Source: an uncultured beta proteobacterium (GTDB taxonomy: Bacteria; Pseudomonadota; Gammaproteobacteria; Burkholderiales; Usitatibacteraceae). From it: DNA of 64,000 nt. A program made the position numbers and the translations under genes. The notes under the pieces were generated by a model. That model ran no database searches. It was given only the letters and a program-made list of their open reading frames with translations, and had not been told where the DNA came from. Location: assembly GCA_963816035.1 (NCBI GenBank), contig CAWFIU010000001.1:1954742-2018741 (forward strand), given 5' to 3'. How positions within the stretch are numbered: position 1 is the stretch's first letter; each line of letters begins with the position of its first letter. Below, in pieces: positions 34,657 through 43,633 of this stretch.

Positions 34657-35496
34657 ATGGAAGCCGCCTCCCCCGTCACCATTCCGGCGCTGCAGCAGAT
34701 GAAGCGCGACGGCCGCAGGATCGTCGGCGTGGTGGCGTGGGACTACCAGATCGCGCGCATCGTGGACCGGGCCGGCGTGGACATCGTCTCCGTCGGCGAC
34801 TCGGTCGGCATCAACCTCTGGGGACACGCCACGCCGCTCGAGGTCACGATGGACGAGATGGTCGTGGTCTGCAAGGCGGTGCGCCGCGGCGTGAAGCGCG
34901 CGCTGGTGAGCTGCGATTTCCCCTACGGACCGCTGCAGCAGGGAACGCAGAGCGCGCTCGCCGCCGCTCGCCGCCTCGTGGAGGAGGGCGGCGCGGACAT
35001 GGTGAAGCTCGACGGCGCGGGGGATTTTCCCGATGCCGTGCGCGAGATCACGCGCGCCGGCATCCCGGTGTTCGCTCAGATGGGCATCACGCCGCAGAAC
35101 GCCGCGCAGTTCGGCGTGGACTACGCGACGATGCTGAAGGGCGCGGTGCAGGTCCCCGCCGCGATGACCGCGCGTCTCGTCGAAGAGGCGAAGAGCCTCG
35201 AGGCAGCGGGCGCGGCGCTCATCGACTTCACCAATTCGGGCCCCATCGCGGGGCCGGCCGTCGCGCGCGCGGTGGCGATCCCCGTGATCGGCGGGCTGGG
35301 CGGCGGCCCGTGGCTCGACGGGCGCATGCGCATGGCGCACGCCGCCATCGGCTACGCGGCGAGCGCCCTCGAATCGAGGACCGAGACCTACGCCAACGTG
35401 GCGCGCATCACGCTGGACGCGATCACGGCGTACGCCGAGGACGTGCGCGCCGGACGCCAGATCAAGGGCGGCATCCCGGTGAAGGCCGCGGGCTGA
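34657..35496 (+). CDS. divergent PanB-like (ketopantoate hydroxymethyltransferase family) protein
   Basis: VTIPALQQMK, SVGDSVG, VTMDEMV, CDFPYG, VKLDGA, MGITPQ, AYAEDVRAG. Confidence 0.8.
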   Translation: MEAASPVTIPALQQMKRDGRRIVGVVAWDYQIARIVDRAGVDIVSVGDSVGINLWGHATPLEVTMDEMVVVCKAVRRGVKRALVSCDFPYGPLQQGTQSALAAARRLVEEGGADMVKLDGAGDFPDAVREITRAGIPVFAQMGITPQNAAQFGVDYATMLKGAVQVPAAMTARLVEEAKSLEAAGAALIDFTNSGPIAGPAVARAVAIPVIGGLGGGPWLDGRMRMAHAAIGYAASALESRTETYANVARITLDAITAYAEDVRAGRQIKGGIPVKAAG

Positions 35497-35499
35497 CGC

Positions 35500-36354
35500 G
35501 TGGCCACCGCGCTCATCGACGGCATCGAGACGCGCTACGAAGTGACGGGCTCGGGCCCGCCGCTGCTCATGTACGCGCCGGGAGGATTCGACGCGACGGT
35601 CGAGAAGTGGAGCTCGCTCGGCGTCTATGCGCGCGTGAAGCTCATGGACCACCTCCCGGGGAAGTTCACGTGCATCGCCTTCGACCGGCGCGAATGCGGC
35701 CAGTCGGGCGGGCGCGTGGAGCACGTCACCTGGTCGCATTACGTGGCGCAGGGGCGCGGGCTCCTCGACCACCTGAAGGTCGACCGCGCGCACCTCATGG
35801 GCGGCTGCATGGGCTGCTCGCCGGTGGCGGCGTTCGCGGTCGCGCACCCGGAGCGCGTCGCGAGCATGATCCTGTGGTGGCCGGTGGGCGGGCCGAAGTA
35901 CCGCATCAAGGGACGGCAGCGCTTCGCCGAGCATCTCACGTACGTGCGGCAGAATGGCATGCGCGCGGTGGCGGATCTCGTGGCGCGCGAAGGCAAGCCC
36001 TTCGGCGCCGATCCGCGCGGCGGCCCCTGGGCCGCGGTGCTCAAGCGCGACCGGGTCTTCGCGGACGCCTACGCGAAACTCGATGCGGGCAAGTACGAGA
36101 TCCTCGTGGCCGCCATGGCGCGCTCGCTCCTCGACCGCGACACGGCCCCGGGCGCCGAGCCCGAGGACCTCATGGAGCTCGACATCCCGGCACTCATCGT
36201 GCCCGGCAAGGACGATTCGCACGCCACCTCCGCGGCACGCTACCTCGAGGAGTGCCTCCCGCGCTCGGAATACTGGGACGTGCCGCCGGACGGGCAAACC
36301 GGCGACAATGCCCCCGCGCGCGTGCTCGCCTTCCTCGACGCGGTTTCCCGATGA
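35500..36354 (+). CDS. alpha/beta hydrolase with a Cys nucleophile elbow
   Basis: YEVTGSGPPLL, FDRRECGQS, AHLMGGCMG, LDIPALIVPGKDDSH. Confidence 0.8.
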   Translation: MATALIDGIETRYEVTGSGPPLLMYAPGGFDATVEKWSSLGVYARVKLMDHLPGKFTCIAFDRRECGQSGGRVEHVTWSHYVAQGRGLLDHLKVDRAHLMGGCMGCSPVAAFAVAHPERVASMILWWPVGGPKYRIKGRQRFAEHLTYVRQNGMRAVADLVAREGKPFGADPRGGPWAAVLKRDRVFADAYAKLDAGKYEILVAAMARSLLDRDTAPGAEPEDLMELDIPALIVPGKDDSHATSAARYLEECLPRSEYWDVPPDGQTGDNAPARVLAFLDAVSR

Positions 36355-37391
36355 TCATCGACATCCACGGCCACTACACGACGGAGCCCGCGGCCCTGCA
36401 CGCGTTCCGCGACAAGCAGCTCGCCGGCCTCGCCGATCCCGCGCGCAGGCCCGCCTCCACCGACCTCGGCATCACCGACGAGCAGCTGCTGAAGAGCGTG
36501 CAGCCGCAGCTCGACTTCCAGCGCCAGCGCGGCAGCGACCTCACCATCTTCTCGCCGCGCGCCTCGGGCATGGGGCACCACGTGGGGACCGAGGCGATCG
36601 GGCGCGACTGGTGCCGCGTGAGCAACGACCTCATCCACCGCATCTGCACGCTGCTGCCCGACAATTTCGCCGCCGTGGGACAACTCCCGCAGTTCCCCGG
36701 CGCGCCCATCGAGAACTGCATCCCGGAGCTCGAGCGCATCGTGAGCGAGCTGGGCTTCGTCGGCGTGAACCTCAATCCCGATCCCTCGGGCGGCTACTGG
36801 AAGGTCGCGCCGCTCACCGACCGCTACTGGTACCCGATCTACGAGAAGATGTGTGCGCTGGAGGTGCCGGCGATGATCCACGTGACCGCCTCGTGCAACC
36901 CGGCGGTGCACTTCACCGGCGCCCACTACATCAACGGCGACACCACGGCGTTCATGCAGCTCCTGCAAGGCAACCTCTTCAAGGATTTCCCGACGCTCAA
37001 GTTCGTGATCCCACACGGCGGCGGCGCGGTCCCGTTCCACTGGGGGCGCTACCGCGGCATCGCGCAGGACATGAAGAAGCCGGTCCTCGAGGAGCACCTG
37101 CTGAAGAACGTCTTCTTCGACACCTGCGTCTACCACCTGCCGGGCATCGAGCTCCTCGCGCGCGTGATCCCGGTCGACAACATCCTCTTCGCCTCGGAGA
37201 TGCTGGGCGCCGTGAAGGGGATCGACCCGCGCACCGGGCACCATTACGATGACACCAAGCGCTACGTGGACCAGGTGAAGGAGCTGGACGAGGCGGCCCG
37301 CTACAGGATCTTCGAGGGCAACGCGCGCCGCGTGTACCCGCGCCTCGACGCGCAGCTCACGAAGCGCGGCCATCCCGGCCGCAAGACCTGA
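36351..37391 (+). CDS. ligJ: 4-oxalomesaconate hydratase (amidohydrolase 2 family)
   Basis: MIIDIHGHYTT, TIFSPRASGMGHH, NLNPDPSGG, TGAHYINGDTTAFMQ, PHGGGAVPFHWGRYRG, FDTCVYH, LFASEMLGAV. Confidence 0.9.
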   Translation: MIIDIHGHYTTEPAALHAFRDKQLAGLADPARRPASTDLGITDEQLLKSVQPQLDFQRQRGSDLTIFSPRASGMGHHVGTEAIGRDWCRVSNDLIHRICTLLPDNFAAVGQLPQFPGAPIENCIPELERIVSELGFVGVNLNPDPSGGYWKVAPLTDRYWYPIYEKMCALEVPAMIHVTASCNPAVHFTGAHYINGDTTAFMQLLQGNLFKDFPTLKFVIPHGGGAVPFHWGRYRGIAQDMKKPVLEEHLLKNVFFDTCVYHLPGIELLARVIPVDNILFASEMLGAVKGIDPRTGHHYDDTKRYVDQVKELDEAARYRIFEGNARRVYPRLDAQLTKRGHPGRKT

Positions 37392-37400
37392 AGGAACATC

Positions 37401-38105
37401 ATGAACGTCAAAGCATCGCCGCCCCTGTCCGACATCCGCCGCGATTTCGAGCGCGTGCCGCCGGACGTCGTGCGCAAGGCCTCCGGATTCGCCGCCTCCA
37501 TCATCGCCGACGTGGCCGGGCGCCGCGGAACGCTGGACGGACGCATCGCGCCGCTCGCGCCGTCGATGCGCATGGCCGGTCCCGCCTTCACGATCGAAGT
37601 GCGCCCCGGCGACAACCTGATGATCCATGCCGCCATGTCCATGGCGCGCCCCGGCGACATCCTCGTCGTCGACGGCAAGGCCGACCGGACGTGCGCGCTG
37701 ATGGGTGCCATCATGATCAGCGCCTGCAAGAAGATGGGGCTGGGCGGCGTGGTGCTCGACGCCGCCGTGCGCGACACCGACGAGCTGCGGTCGCTCGGGT
37801 TTCCCGTGTATGCCGTAGGCTCGAATCCGAACGGCCCGACCAAGTTCGTGCCGGGCCGCATCAACTGGCCGATCTCGTGCGGCGGCGTGGCGATCCAGCC
37901 GGGCGATCTCGTGGTGGGCGACGCCGACGGCGTGGTGGTGGTGGAGCGCGAGAAGGCGGCGTCCCTCCTCGACCTCGCGGCGCAGAAGGTCGCCGACGAG
38001 AAGAAGCGCTTCGCCGACATCGCCGCGGGCCGCAACCTGAGCCCGAAGTGGCTGGAAGCGTCGCTGCGCGCGGCCGGCATTCTCAAGGAAGGCGAGACGC
38101 TTTGA
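37401..38105 (+). CDS. RraA/HMG-CHA aldolase family protein (LigK-like)
   Basis: GPAFTIEVRPGDNLMIH, GDILVVDG, ALMGAIM, VRDTDEL, PGDLVVGDADGVVVV. Confidence 0.85.
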   Translation: MNVKASPPLSDIRRDFERVPPDVVRKASGFAASIIADVAGRRGTLDGRIAPLAPSMRMAGPAFTIEVRPGDNLMIHAAMSMARPGDILVVDGKADRTCALMGAIMISACKKMGLGGVVLDAAVRDTDELRSLGFPVYAVGSNPNGPTKFVPGRINWPISCGGVAIQPGDLVVGDADGVVVVEREKAASLLDLAAQKVADEKKRFADIAAGRNLSPKWLEASLRAAGILKEGETL

Positions 38106-38581
38106 GGCTCGCCCAGCGCCCCGCCTTCGGGCTTCCCGGGCGCATCCAGTCGCCCAATTCGCGGCCGCGCTCGATCGCGCTGGTGGGACTGGGCGATGGC
38201 GGCGCGGCGATCGCCCGCGACATCGCGCACGGAGGCCACGGGCATCTCGAGGTGCACGTGCTCGCCAAGAGCGCCGCCGGCGAAGGGGCGCTCGCCGCGA
38301 TCCAGGCCGGCGGCGGCGACCTGCAGCGCGACCTCACCGACGCGGACATGATCTTCATCGTGGCCTGCCGCGGCGACGACGTGGGCCTCGTGCCGGTCGT
38401 GAGCCGCATCGCCCACAGCCGCCACCACCCCGTGACCGCGCTCTACATCGTCCCCGAAGGCGCGGAGGCCGGCGGCGCCGAGGACGCGACGCTGCGCACC
38501 CTGCGCTCGGGCGTGGAGATGCTCGTGGTAGTCTCCGACGCGAGCTATGTCCCCGCGATGATCGCCGCCCTCGGCGCCTGA
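38102..38581 (+). CDS. small FtsZ/tubulin N-terminal-domain-like protein lacking the GGGTGTG signature
   Basis: IALVGLGDGGAAIA..DLTDADMIFIVA..VPVVSRIA..VTALYIVP..LRSGVEMLVVV aligns by eye to the FtsZ GTPase domain; TTG start overlaps the upstream stop. Confidence 0.55.
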   Translation: MRLAQRPAFGLPGRIQSPNSRPRSIALVGLGDGGAAIARDIAHGGHGHLEVHVLAKSAAGEGALAAIQAGGGDLQRDLTDADMIFIVACRGDDVGLVPVVSRIAHSRHHPVTALYIVPEGAEAGGAEDATLRTLRSGVEMLVVVSDASYVPAMIAALGA

Positions 38582-38594
38582 ACCAGGAGCAGCC

Positions 38595-39287
38595 ATGAAC
38601 GACATGACCCGCCCCGACGCCCTCGATCCGCCTTACCTCTATCCGGGCTACAAGAGCACGGTGTTGCGCTCGCCGCGCGAGCCGCTGCTGGAGCTGCCGC
38701 CGGGCGCGCTCGATGTCCCCGGCCCGACAGTTCCGCAGGGCTTCGTGCGCAACGGCGACAACGACCTCACCGCGCACGGCAAGTCCGCGCCGCTGGGCGA
38801 GAAGATGGTCCTCACCGGGCGGCTGCTCGACGCCGACGGCCGGCCCATCCGCCGCTCGCTGGTGGAGATCTGGCAGGCGAACGCCTCCGGGCGCTACGCG
38901 CATCCGGGCGACCAGCACGAGGCACCCCTCGACCCGAACTTCCTGGGCATCGGGCGCACCTTCACCGACGACGAGGGGCGCTACCGCTTCGTGACGATCA
39001 AGCCCGGCTCTTATCCGTGGCGCAACCATCCGTTCGCCTGGCGCCCGCAGCACATCCATTTCTCGCTGCTCGGCAACGCGCCGGTGCAGCGGCTCGTCAC
39101 GCAAATGTATTTCCCGGGCGATCCCCTGCTCGCGATCGACCCGATCTACAACAGCGTCCCGGACGCGCAGGCGCGCCAGCGCATGATCTCGACGCTCGCG
39201 CTGGAAACCGGCATCGAGGAAGTGGCGCTCGGCTACACCTTCGACGTGGTGCTGGGCGGGGCGAAGTCCACGCCGCTGGGGATCTGA
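38595..39287 (+). CDS. pcaH: protocatechuate 3,4-dioxygenase beta subunit
   Basis: YKSTVLRSP, DNDLT, EIWQANASGRYAH..DPNF, KPGSYPWRNH..WRPQHIHFS, RLVTQMYF. Confidence 0.95.
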   Translation: MNDMTRPDALDPPYLYPGYKSTVLRSPREPLLELPPGALDVPGPTVPQGFVRNGDNDLTAHGKSAPLGEKMVLTGRLLDADGRPIRRSLVEIWQANASGRYAHPGDQHEAPLDPNFLGIGRTFTDDEGRYRFVTIKPGSYPWRNHPFAWRPQHIHFSLLGNAPVQRLVTQMYFPGDPLLAIDPIYNSVPDAQARQRMISTLALETGIEEVALGYTFDVVLGGAKSTPLGI

Positions 39288-39288
39288 C

Positions 39289-39813
39289 ATGGCCGCGCAA
39301 CGCACTCCGTCGCAGACCATCGGGCCGTTCTTCCACGAGGCGCTGCGCTGGAAGGACGGCGCACGCGTGACGCTCGCCGAAGCCGGCCAGCGCGTCGTGC
39401 TCGCCGGCCGCGTGCTCGACGGCGCCGGCGAGCCCGTGTCCGACGCGATGCTGGAGACGTGGCAGCTGTCGCCCGAGGGACGCACGCCCGCGGCCGCCAC
39501 CGGCAGCGCGAAGCCCCACGGCTTCGGCCGCGTGGAGACCGGCAAGGACGGATCGTTCCGCATCGAGACCACGATGCCGGGCGGCGAAGCGCCGTGCCTG
39601 GAGGTGACGCTCTTCATGCGCGGGCTGCTGAAGGCGCTGCGCACGCGCGTGTACCTGGCACCCGAGGACCGCGTGCGCGCCGATCCCGTGCTGAAGGGCC
39701 TCGCGGGCTCGCCGCGCGTGAAGACGCTCATCGCGGCGTCCTCCGGCGCGAACGAATACCGCTGGGACGTGCGCCTGCAGGGCGAGGGCGAGACCGTCTT
39801 CTTCGCCCTCTGA
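39289..39813 (+). CDS. pcaG: protocatechuate 3,4-dioxygenase alpha subunit
   Basis: TPSQTIGPFFH, GRVLDGAGEPVSDAMLETWQ, FMRGLL..LRTRVY, YRWDVRLQGEGETVFF. Confidence 0.92.
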   Translation: MAAQRTPSQTIGPFFHEALRWKDGARVTLAEAGQRVVLAGRVLDGAGEPVSDAMLETWQLSPEGRTPAAATGSAKPHGFGRVETGKDGSFRIETTMPGGEAPCLEVTLFMRGLLKALRTRVYLAPEDRVRADPVLKGLAGSPRVKTLIAASSGANEYRWDVRLQGEGETVFFAL

Positions 39814-39824
39814 GCGGGCGCGCG

Positions 39825-40982
39825 ATGGCCGCGAGCCTCACGTCGCGCACTCTCGCCCGCCCCGCCTTCGAGATCGCCTTCGAGCCGCCTGCGTTCCTGC
39901 GGGCGATGCTCGCGTTCGAGGCGGCGCTCGCGCGCGCCGAGGCCGCGGAAGGGCTGATTCCCGACGCCTCGGCGCGGGCGATCGCCGCGGCGTGCGGCAG
40001 CGTGTCCTTCGACGTCGAGGCGCTGGTCGCGGAGGCGAAGCGCAACGGCACCCTCGTCGTGCCGTTCGTGAAGGCGCTGCGCGCGCAGGTGCAGCGCGCC
40101 CTCCCGGACGCCGTGGCCCACGTGCACTTCGGCAGCACCACCCAGGACGTGCTCGACACGGCGATGGCGCTGTGCCTGCGCGAGTGCCTCGACGAAGCCG
40201 ACCGCAGCCTCGAGGCGGCGGTGCGCGCGCTCGCGGCGAGAGCGCGCGAGCATCGCGCGACGCCGATGGCGGGGCGCACGCTCATGCAGCCGGCGATACC
40301 GATCACGGCCGGCCTCAAGATCGCGCGCTGGGCCGCCGCCCTCGCCCACGACCGCGAGCGCCTCGCCGACGCCCAGGTCGAGGGCCTCGCGGTGCAGCTG
40401 GGCGGTCCCGTGGGCGCGCTCGAGGCGCTGGGAGCGAAGGGCCCCGCGGTGCGACATCGCGTGGCCATGGAGCTGGGACTGGCCGACCTGCCGGAGTGGC
40501 AATCGCATCGCAACGGCTGGATCGATCTCCTCGACCGCATCGGGCTCGTGGTGCTCACCGCGGGCAAGATCGCGCTCGATCTTTCGCTCCTCGGTCAGGC
40601 CGAGGTCGGCGAGATGCGCGAGGCGCCGCCCGAGGAGGGCGTGGGCGGCTCGAGCGCGATGCCGCACAAGCACAACCCCGTGGGATGTCTGCATGCCATC
40701 GCCGCGGCGACGCGCATGCCGGGCCTGCTCGCCATCGTCCACGCGAGCGCGATCTCGCCGCACGAGCGCGCGCTGGGCGAGTGGCAGGCGGAGCTGGAGA
40801 CCGTGCCGGAGATCGCCGGCGCGCTCGGCCGCGCGCTCGACTTCCTCGACCTCGTCGCCGGCTCGCTGGTGGTCGATCCCGAGCGCATGCGCGCGAACCT
40901 CGCCGGGTGCGGCCCGGCCGCCGCCGCTCCGCTCGAGGCCGTCGACGAGCTTCTCGCCGGCCTCTCCCCTTACCTCACCTGA
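39825..40982 (+). CDS. pcaB: 3-carboxy-cis,cis-muconate cycloisomerase
   Basis: AMLAFEAALA, VHFGSTTQDVLDT, MAGRTLMQPA, GGSSAMPHKHNP, HERALGEWQAE. Confidence 0.92.
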   Translation: MAASLTSRTLARPAFEIAFEPPAFLRAMLAFEAALARAEAAEGLIPDASARAIAAACGSVSFDVEALVAEAKRNGTLVVPFVKALRAQVQRALPDAVAHVHFGSTTQDVLDTAMALCLRECLDEADRSLEAAVRALAARAREHRATPMAGRTLMQPAIPITAGLKIARWAAALAHDRERLADAQVEGLAVQLGGPVGALEALGAKGPAVRHRVAMELGLADLPEWQSHRNGWIDLLDRIGLVVLTAGKIALDLSLLGQAEVGEMREAPPEEGVGGSSAMPHKHNPVGCLHAIAAATRMPGLLAIVHASAISPHERALGEWQAELETVPEIAGALGRALDFLDLVAGSLVVDPERMRANLAGCGPAAAAPLEAVDELLAGLSPYLT

Positions 40983-41001
40983 ACCGCATGGAGCCGACAC
41001 G

Positions 41002-41442
41002 ATGAGCCGCAAATCGTACGAGAGGGGCCTTGCCACGCGCCGCAAGGTGCTGGGCGACGAATGGGTCGACCGGGCGCTCGCCACCGCCACACCGTTCAAC
41101 GCCGACTTCCAGGAGATGATCACGCGCCACGCGTGGGACGATATCTGGAACCGCAAGGGGCTTTCGCACAAGGTGCGCCGCATGCTCGTGCTCGCCATGA
41201 CCGTGGCGCTCGGCCGCTGGGAGGAGTACCGGCTGCACGTGCGCGCCGCGCTCGCTTCCGGCGACCTCGGCCAGGACGAGGTGCGCGAAGTGCTGATGCA
41301 GGCGGCGATCTACTGCGGCGTGCCCGCGGCCAACACCGGCTTCAAGGAGGCGCGCGAGGTGATCGCGGAGCTGGCGGGCGGCACGAAGACGACGAAGCGC
41401 GCGGGCGCGAAGCGGCGCGCGAAAGGCGCGAAGAAGCGATGA
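41002..41442 (+). CDS. pcaC: 4-carboxymuconolactone decarboxylase
   Basis: GLATRRKVLGDEWVD..FQEMITRHAWDDIW.R..LHVRAAL..AIYCGVPAAN. Confidence 0.93.
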   Translation: MSRKSYERGLATRRKVLGDEWVDRALATATPFNADFQEMITRHAWDDIWNRKGLSHKVRRMLVLAMTVALGRWEEYRLHVRAALASGDLGQDEVREVLMQAAIYCGVPAANTGFKEAREVIAELAGGTKTTKRAGAKRRAKGAKKR

Positions 41443-42212
41443 GCGCGGTCGATCTCGCATTCAGCGATTCGGGCGGCCGCGGCGAAGCGGTGCTCCTCGC
41501 CCACGCGATCGGCTGCGACCGGCGCATGTGGGACGACCTGGCCGCCGCGCTGGCGCCCGACTATCGCGTGATCGCCATCGACGCGCGCGGCCACGGCGCG
41601 AGCCCCGTGCCACCGCGCCCGTACACGCTCGCCGGGATGGCCGACGACGCCGCGCGCGTGCTCGAACGGCTGGGCATCGCGCGCGCCCATTGGGTGGGAT
41701 TGTCGATGGGCGGCATGGTGGGACAGGCGTTCGCGCTCGCGCATCCCGCGCGGCTGGGCAAGCTGGTGCTCGCCAATACGACGAGCGCCTACGGCCCCGA
41801 CGGGCGCCCCAACTGGGACAACCGCATCCGCCTCGTGAGCGAGGGCGGGCTGGCGGCGATCCGCGACATGGTCACGGCGCGATACTTCTGCGCGGCGTTC
41901 ATCGAGCGGCATCGCGACGTGGTGGAGCGCGTGATGGGCCGCTTCATGCAGACGCCCGCGGACGGCTATCTCGGCTGCTGCGAGGCGATCCGCGAGCTCG
42001 ACTACTCCCGCTCGCTAGGGGCGATCCGCGCGCCGACGCTGGTGATCGCGGGCGAGCTCGACCAGGGCACGCCGCCCGCGATGTCGCGCGCGATCGCCGA
42101 CGGCATCCCCGGCGCGCGCATGGCGCTGATCCCGGGCGCCGCCCATCTTTCGGCCGTCGAGAAGCCCGCGGAATTCGCCGCGCTCGTGCGCGGCTTCCTC
42201 GCCGAGCGCTAG
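41439..42212 (+). CDS. pcaD: 3-oxoadipate enol-lactonase
   Basis: HAIGCDRRMWD, DARGHGAS, GLSMGGMVG, GYLGCCEAI, AAHLSAVEKP. Confidence 0.88.
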   Translation: MSAVDLAFSDSGGRGEAVLLAHAIGCDRRMWDDLAAALAPDYRVIAIDARGHGASPVPPRPYTLAGMADDAARVLERLGIARAHWVGLSMGGMVGQAFALAHPARLGKLVLANTTSAYGPDGRPNWDNRIRLVSEGGLAAIRDMVTARYFCAAFIERHRDVVERVMGRFMQTPADGYLGCCEAIRELDYSRSLGAIRAPTLVIAGELDQGTPPAMSRAIADGIPGARMALIPGAAHLSAVEKPAEFAALVRGFLAER

Positions 42213-43132
42213 ATCCCGATGATGAAGGCGGTGCCGGCCACGCCCAGCACCGCGGCCAGCGCCACCGCCGGCGTGAGCGATTCGTGCCGGCGCAGCAGCA
42301 GCATGCCGAGGAAGAGCGTCACGAACACTTCCATGGAGCTGATCAGCGCCACGCGCGACATCGGGCTCACGTTGAGCGCCGCGAAGTAGAGGATCTGCCC
42401 GAACGAGCTCATGACGCCGGCCACGATGAGCCAGGGGTTGGGCCGGCCGAACGTGGCCCGCACGGCGCGCGCGTATTCGGGCCGGAACGCGGCGGTGGCC
42501 GCGAAGACGACCGCGCCCACGAAGCAGCCGACGGCCGCGCCGAGGAACGCGTCGTGGGCGTCGGCCAGGCCCATCTTGCGCAACAGGTATCCCGTCGCGT
42601 AGCCGAGCGCGGAAATCGGGCCGTAGACGTAGCCTGCGTTCAGCAGGCGCCGTGCGAGCCGCGCGTTGGGCGCGCCTCCCGGGACGCGGCTCACCCCCGC
42701 GACGAGTACCGCGAAGCTCGCCGCGATGAGCACGAGGCCGATCGCCACGCCGCCCGTGAGCGATTCGCCGAGCACCGCGACGCCGAGCACCACGGCGAAG
42801 AACGGGTTGAGGCGCTTCATCGTCGAGGAGCGCATGGCCCCGAGATGCTGGACCGACGCGTAGAAGAACACGCGGCCGATGTACGCGGTGAACACGCCGG
42901 CGCCCGCGAACCACAGGAGCGCGCGCGGGGTGACCGGCTCGAAGCCGCGTACGAGTCCCGCCGCGATCCACCCCGCGCCCGAGATGCCCGCGGTCAGCAG
43001 CAGCGAGACGAAGGCGCCGTTGTCCGCGGCGCCGGGGCGCGCGCCGCGCGCGATCAGCACGTTCGCCGCCGCGAAGCAGCTCGCCGACGCGAGCGCGAAG
43101 CCGTCGCCCAGGAGCGGCACGGCGAGGCTCAC
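42209..43132 (-). CDS. DMT/EamA-family transporter
   Basis: Mostly hydrophobic with a two-repeat pattern (LNPFFAVVLGVAVLGES; MEVFVTLFLG..HES). Confidence 0.8.
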   Translation of the reverse strand: MSLAVPLLGDGFALASASCFAAANVLIARGARPGAADNGAFVSLLLTAGISGAGWIAAGLVRGFEPVTPRALLWFAGAGVFTAYIGRVFFYASVQHLGAMRSSTMKRLNPFFAVVLGVAVLGESLTGGVAIGLVLIAASFAVLVAGVSRVPGGAPNARLARRLLNAGYVYGPISALGYATGYLLRKMGLADAHDAFLGAAVGCFVGAVVFAATAAFRPEYARAVRATFGRPNPWLIVAGVMSSFGQILYFAALNVSPMSRVALISSMEVFVTLFLGMLLLRRHESLTPAVALAAVLGVAGTAFIIGI

Positions 43133-43593
43133 AGCACGCCGGGAATCCAGCGCTTCACGCCGCGGCAGTACGCGCGGTACGGCTCGCCGAAGAGGGCCTC
43201 GAGCCGCGCCTCGTCCTCCTTCACGCGACGGTCGAACCAGGCGAGGTGGAACGCGAGCACCGCAGCGGCGATCCACGAGCCCAGCGCGAGCGCCACGCCG
43301 GCGAGGTAGATGAGGTGTCCGGTGTACATGGGGTTGCGCGTCCACCGGTACGGACCGCCCGTCACGAGGCGCTCGGGCGGGACGGAGATGCCCGGACCGC
43401 CGCCGCCCTCGCGCGTGCGATACACGCCGACCCAGCGGTATTGCAGGTAGCCCCAGGCGAGCAGCGCGAGGGCCCACCAATGGATGGGCGGCGGCCCGCG
43501 CTCGATGAGCGCCTCGATCGCGTAGAGCGCCAAGGGCCAGGCGATGAACGTGCGGTTGGAGGTGCTCTCCAGCCAGCGGCGCACGGCGCTCAC
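43129..43593 (-). CDS. isoprenylcysteine carboxyl methyltransferase (ICMT/PEMT) family protein
   Basis: LVTGGPYRWTRNPMYTG..DEARLEALFGEPYRAYCRGVKRWIP. Confidence 0.88.
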   Translation of the reverse strand: MSAVRRWLESTSNRTFIAWPLALYAIEALIERGPPPIHWWALALLAWGYLQYRWVGVYRTREGGGGPGISVPPERLVTGGPYRWTRNPMYTGHLIYLAGVALALGSWIAAAVLAFHLAWFDRRVKEDEARLEALFGEPYRAYCRGVKRWIPGVL

Positions 43594-43598
43594 GGCAA

Positions 43599-43632
43599 CC
43601 CTCACCCCGGCCCTCTCCCAAGGGAGAGGGAG
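43599..43632. repeat. palindromic intergenic repeat CCCTCACCCCGGCCCTCTCCC..GGGAGAGGG
   Basis: Stem CCCTCTCCC-AA-GGGAGAGGG preceded by CCCTCACCCC; resembles a widespread bacterial REP-like family. Confidence 0.65.
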
Positions 43633-43633
43633 G

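Noticed and set aside
38102-38581. True ftsZ cell-division gene
   Set aside because: Too short, lacks GGGTGTG and the C-terminal domain, and has no dcw cluster context.
41380-41442. Lys/Arg-rich tail on PcaC
   Set aside because: A short low-complexity extension into the pcaD overlap with no evidence of function.
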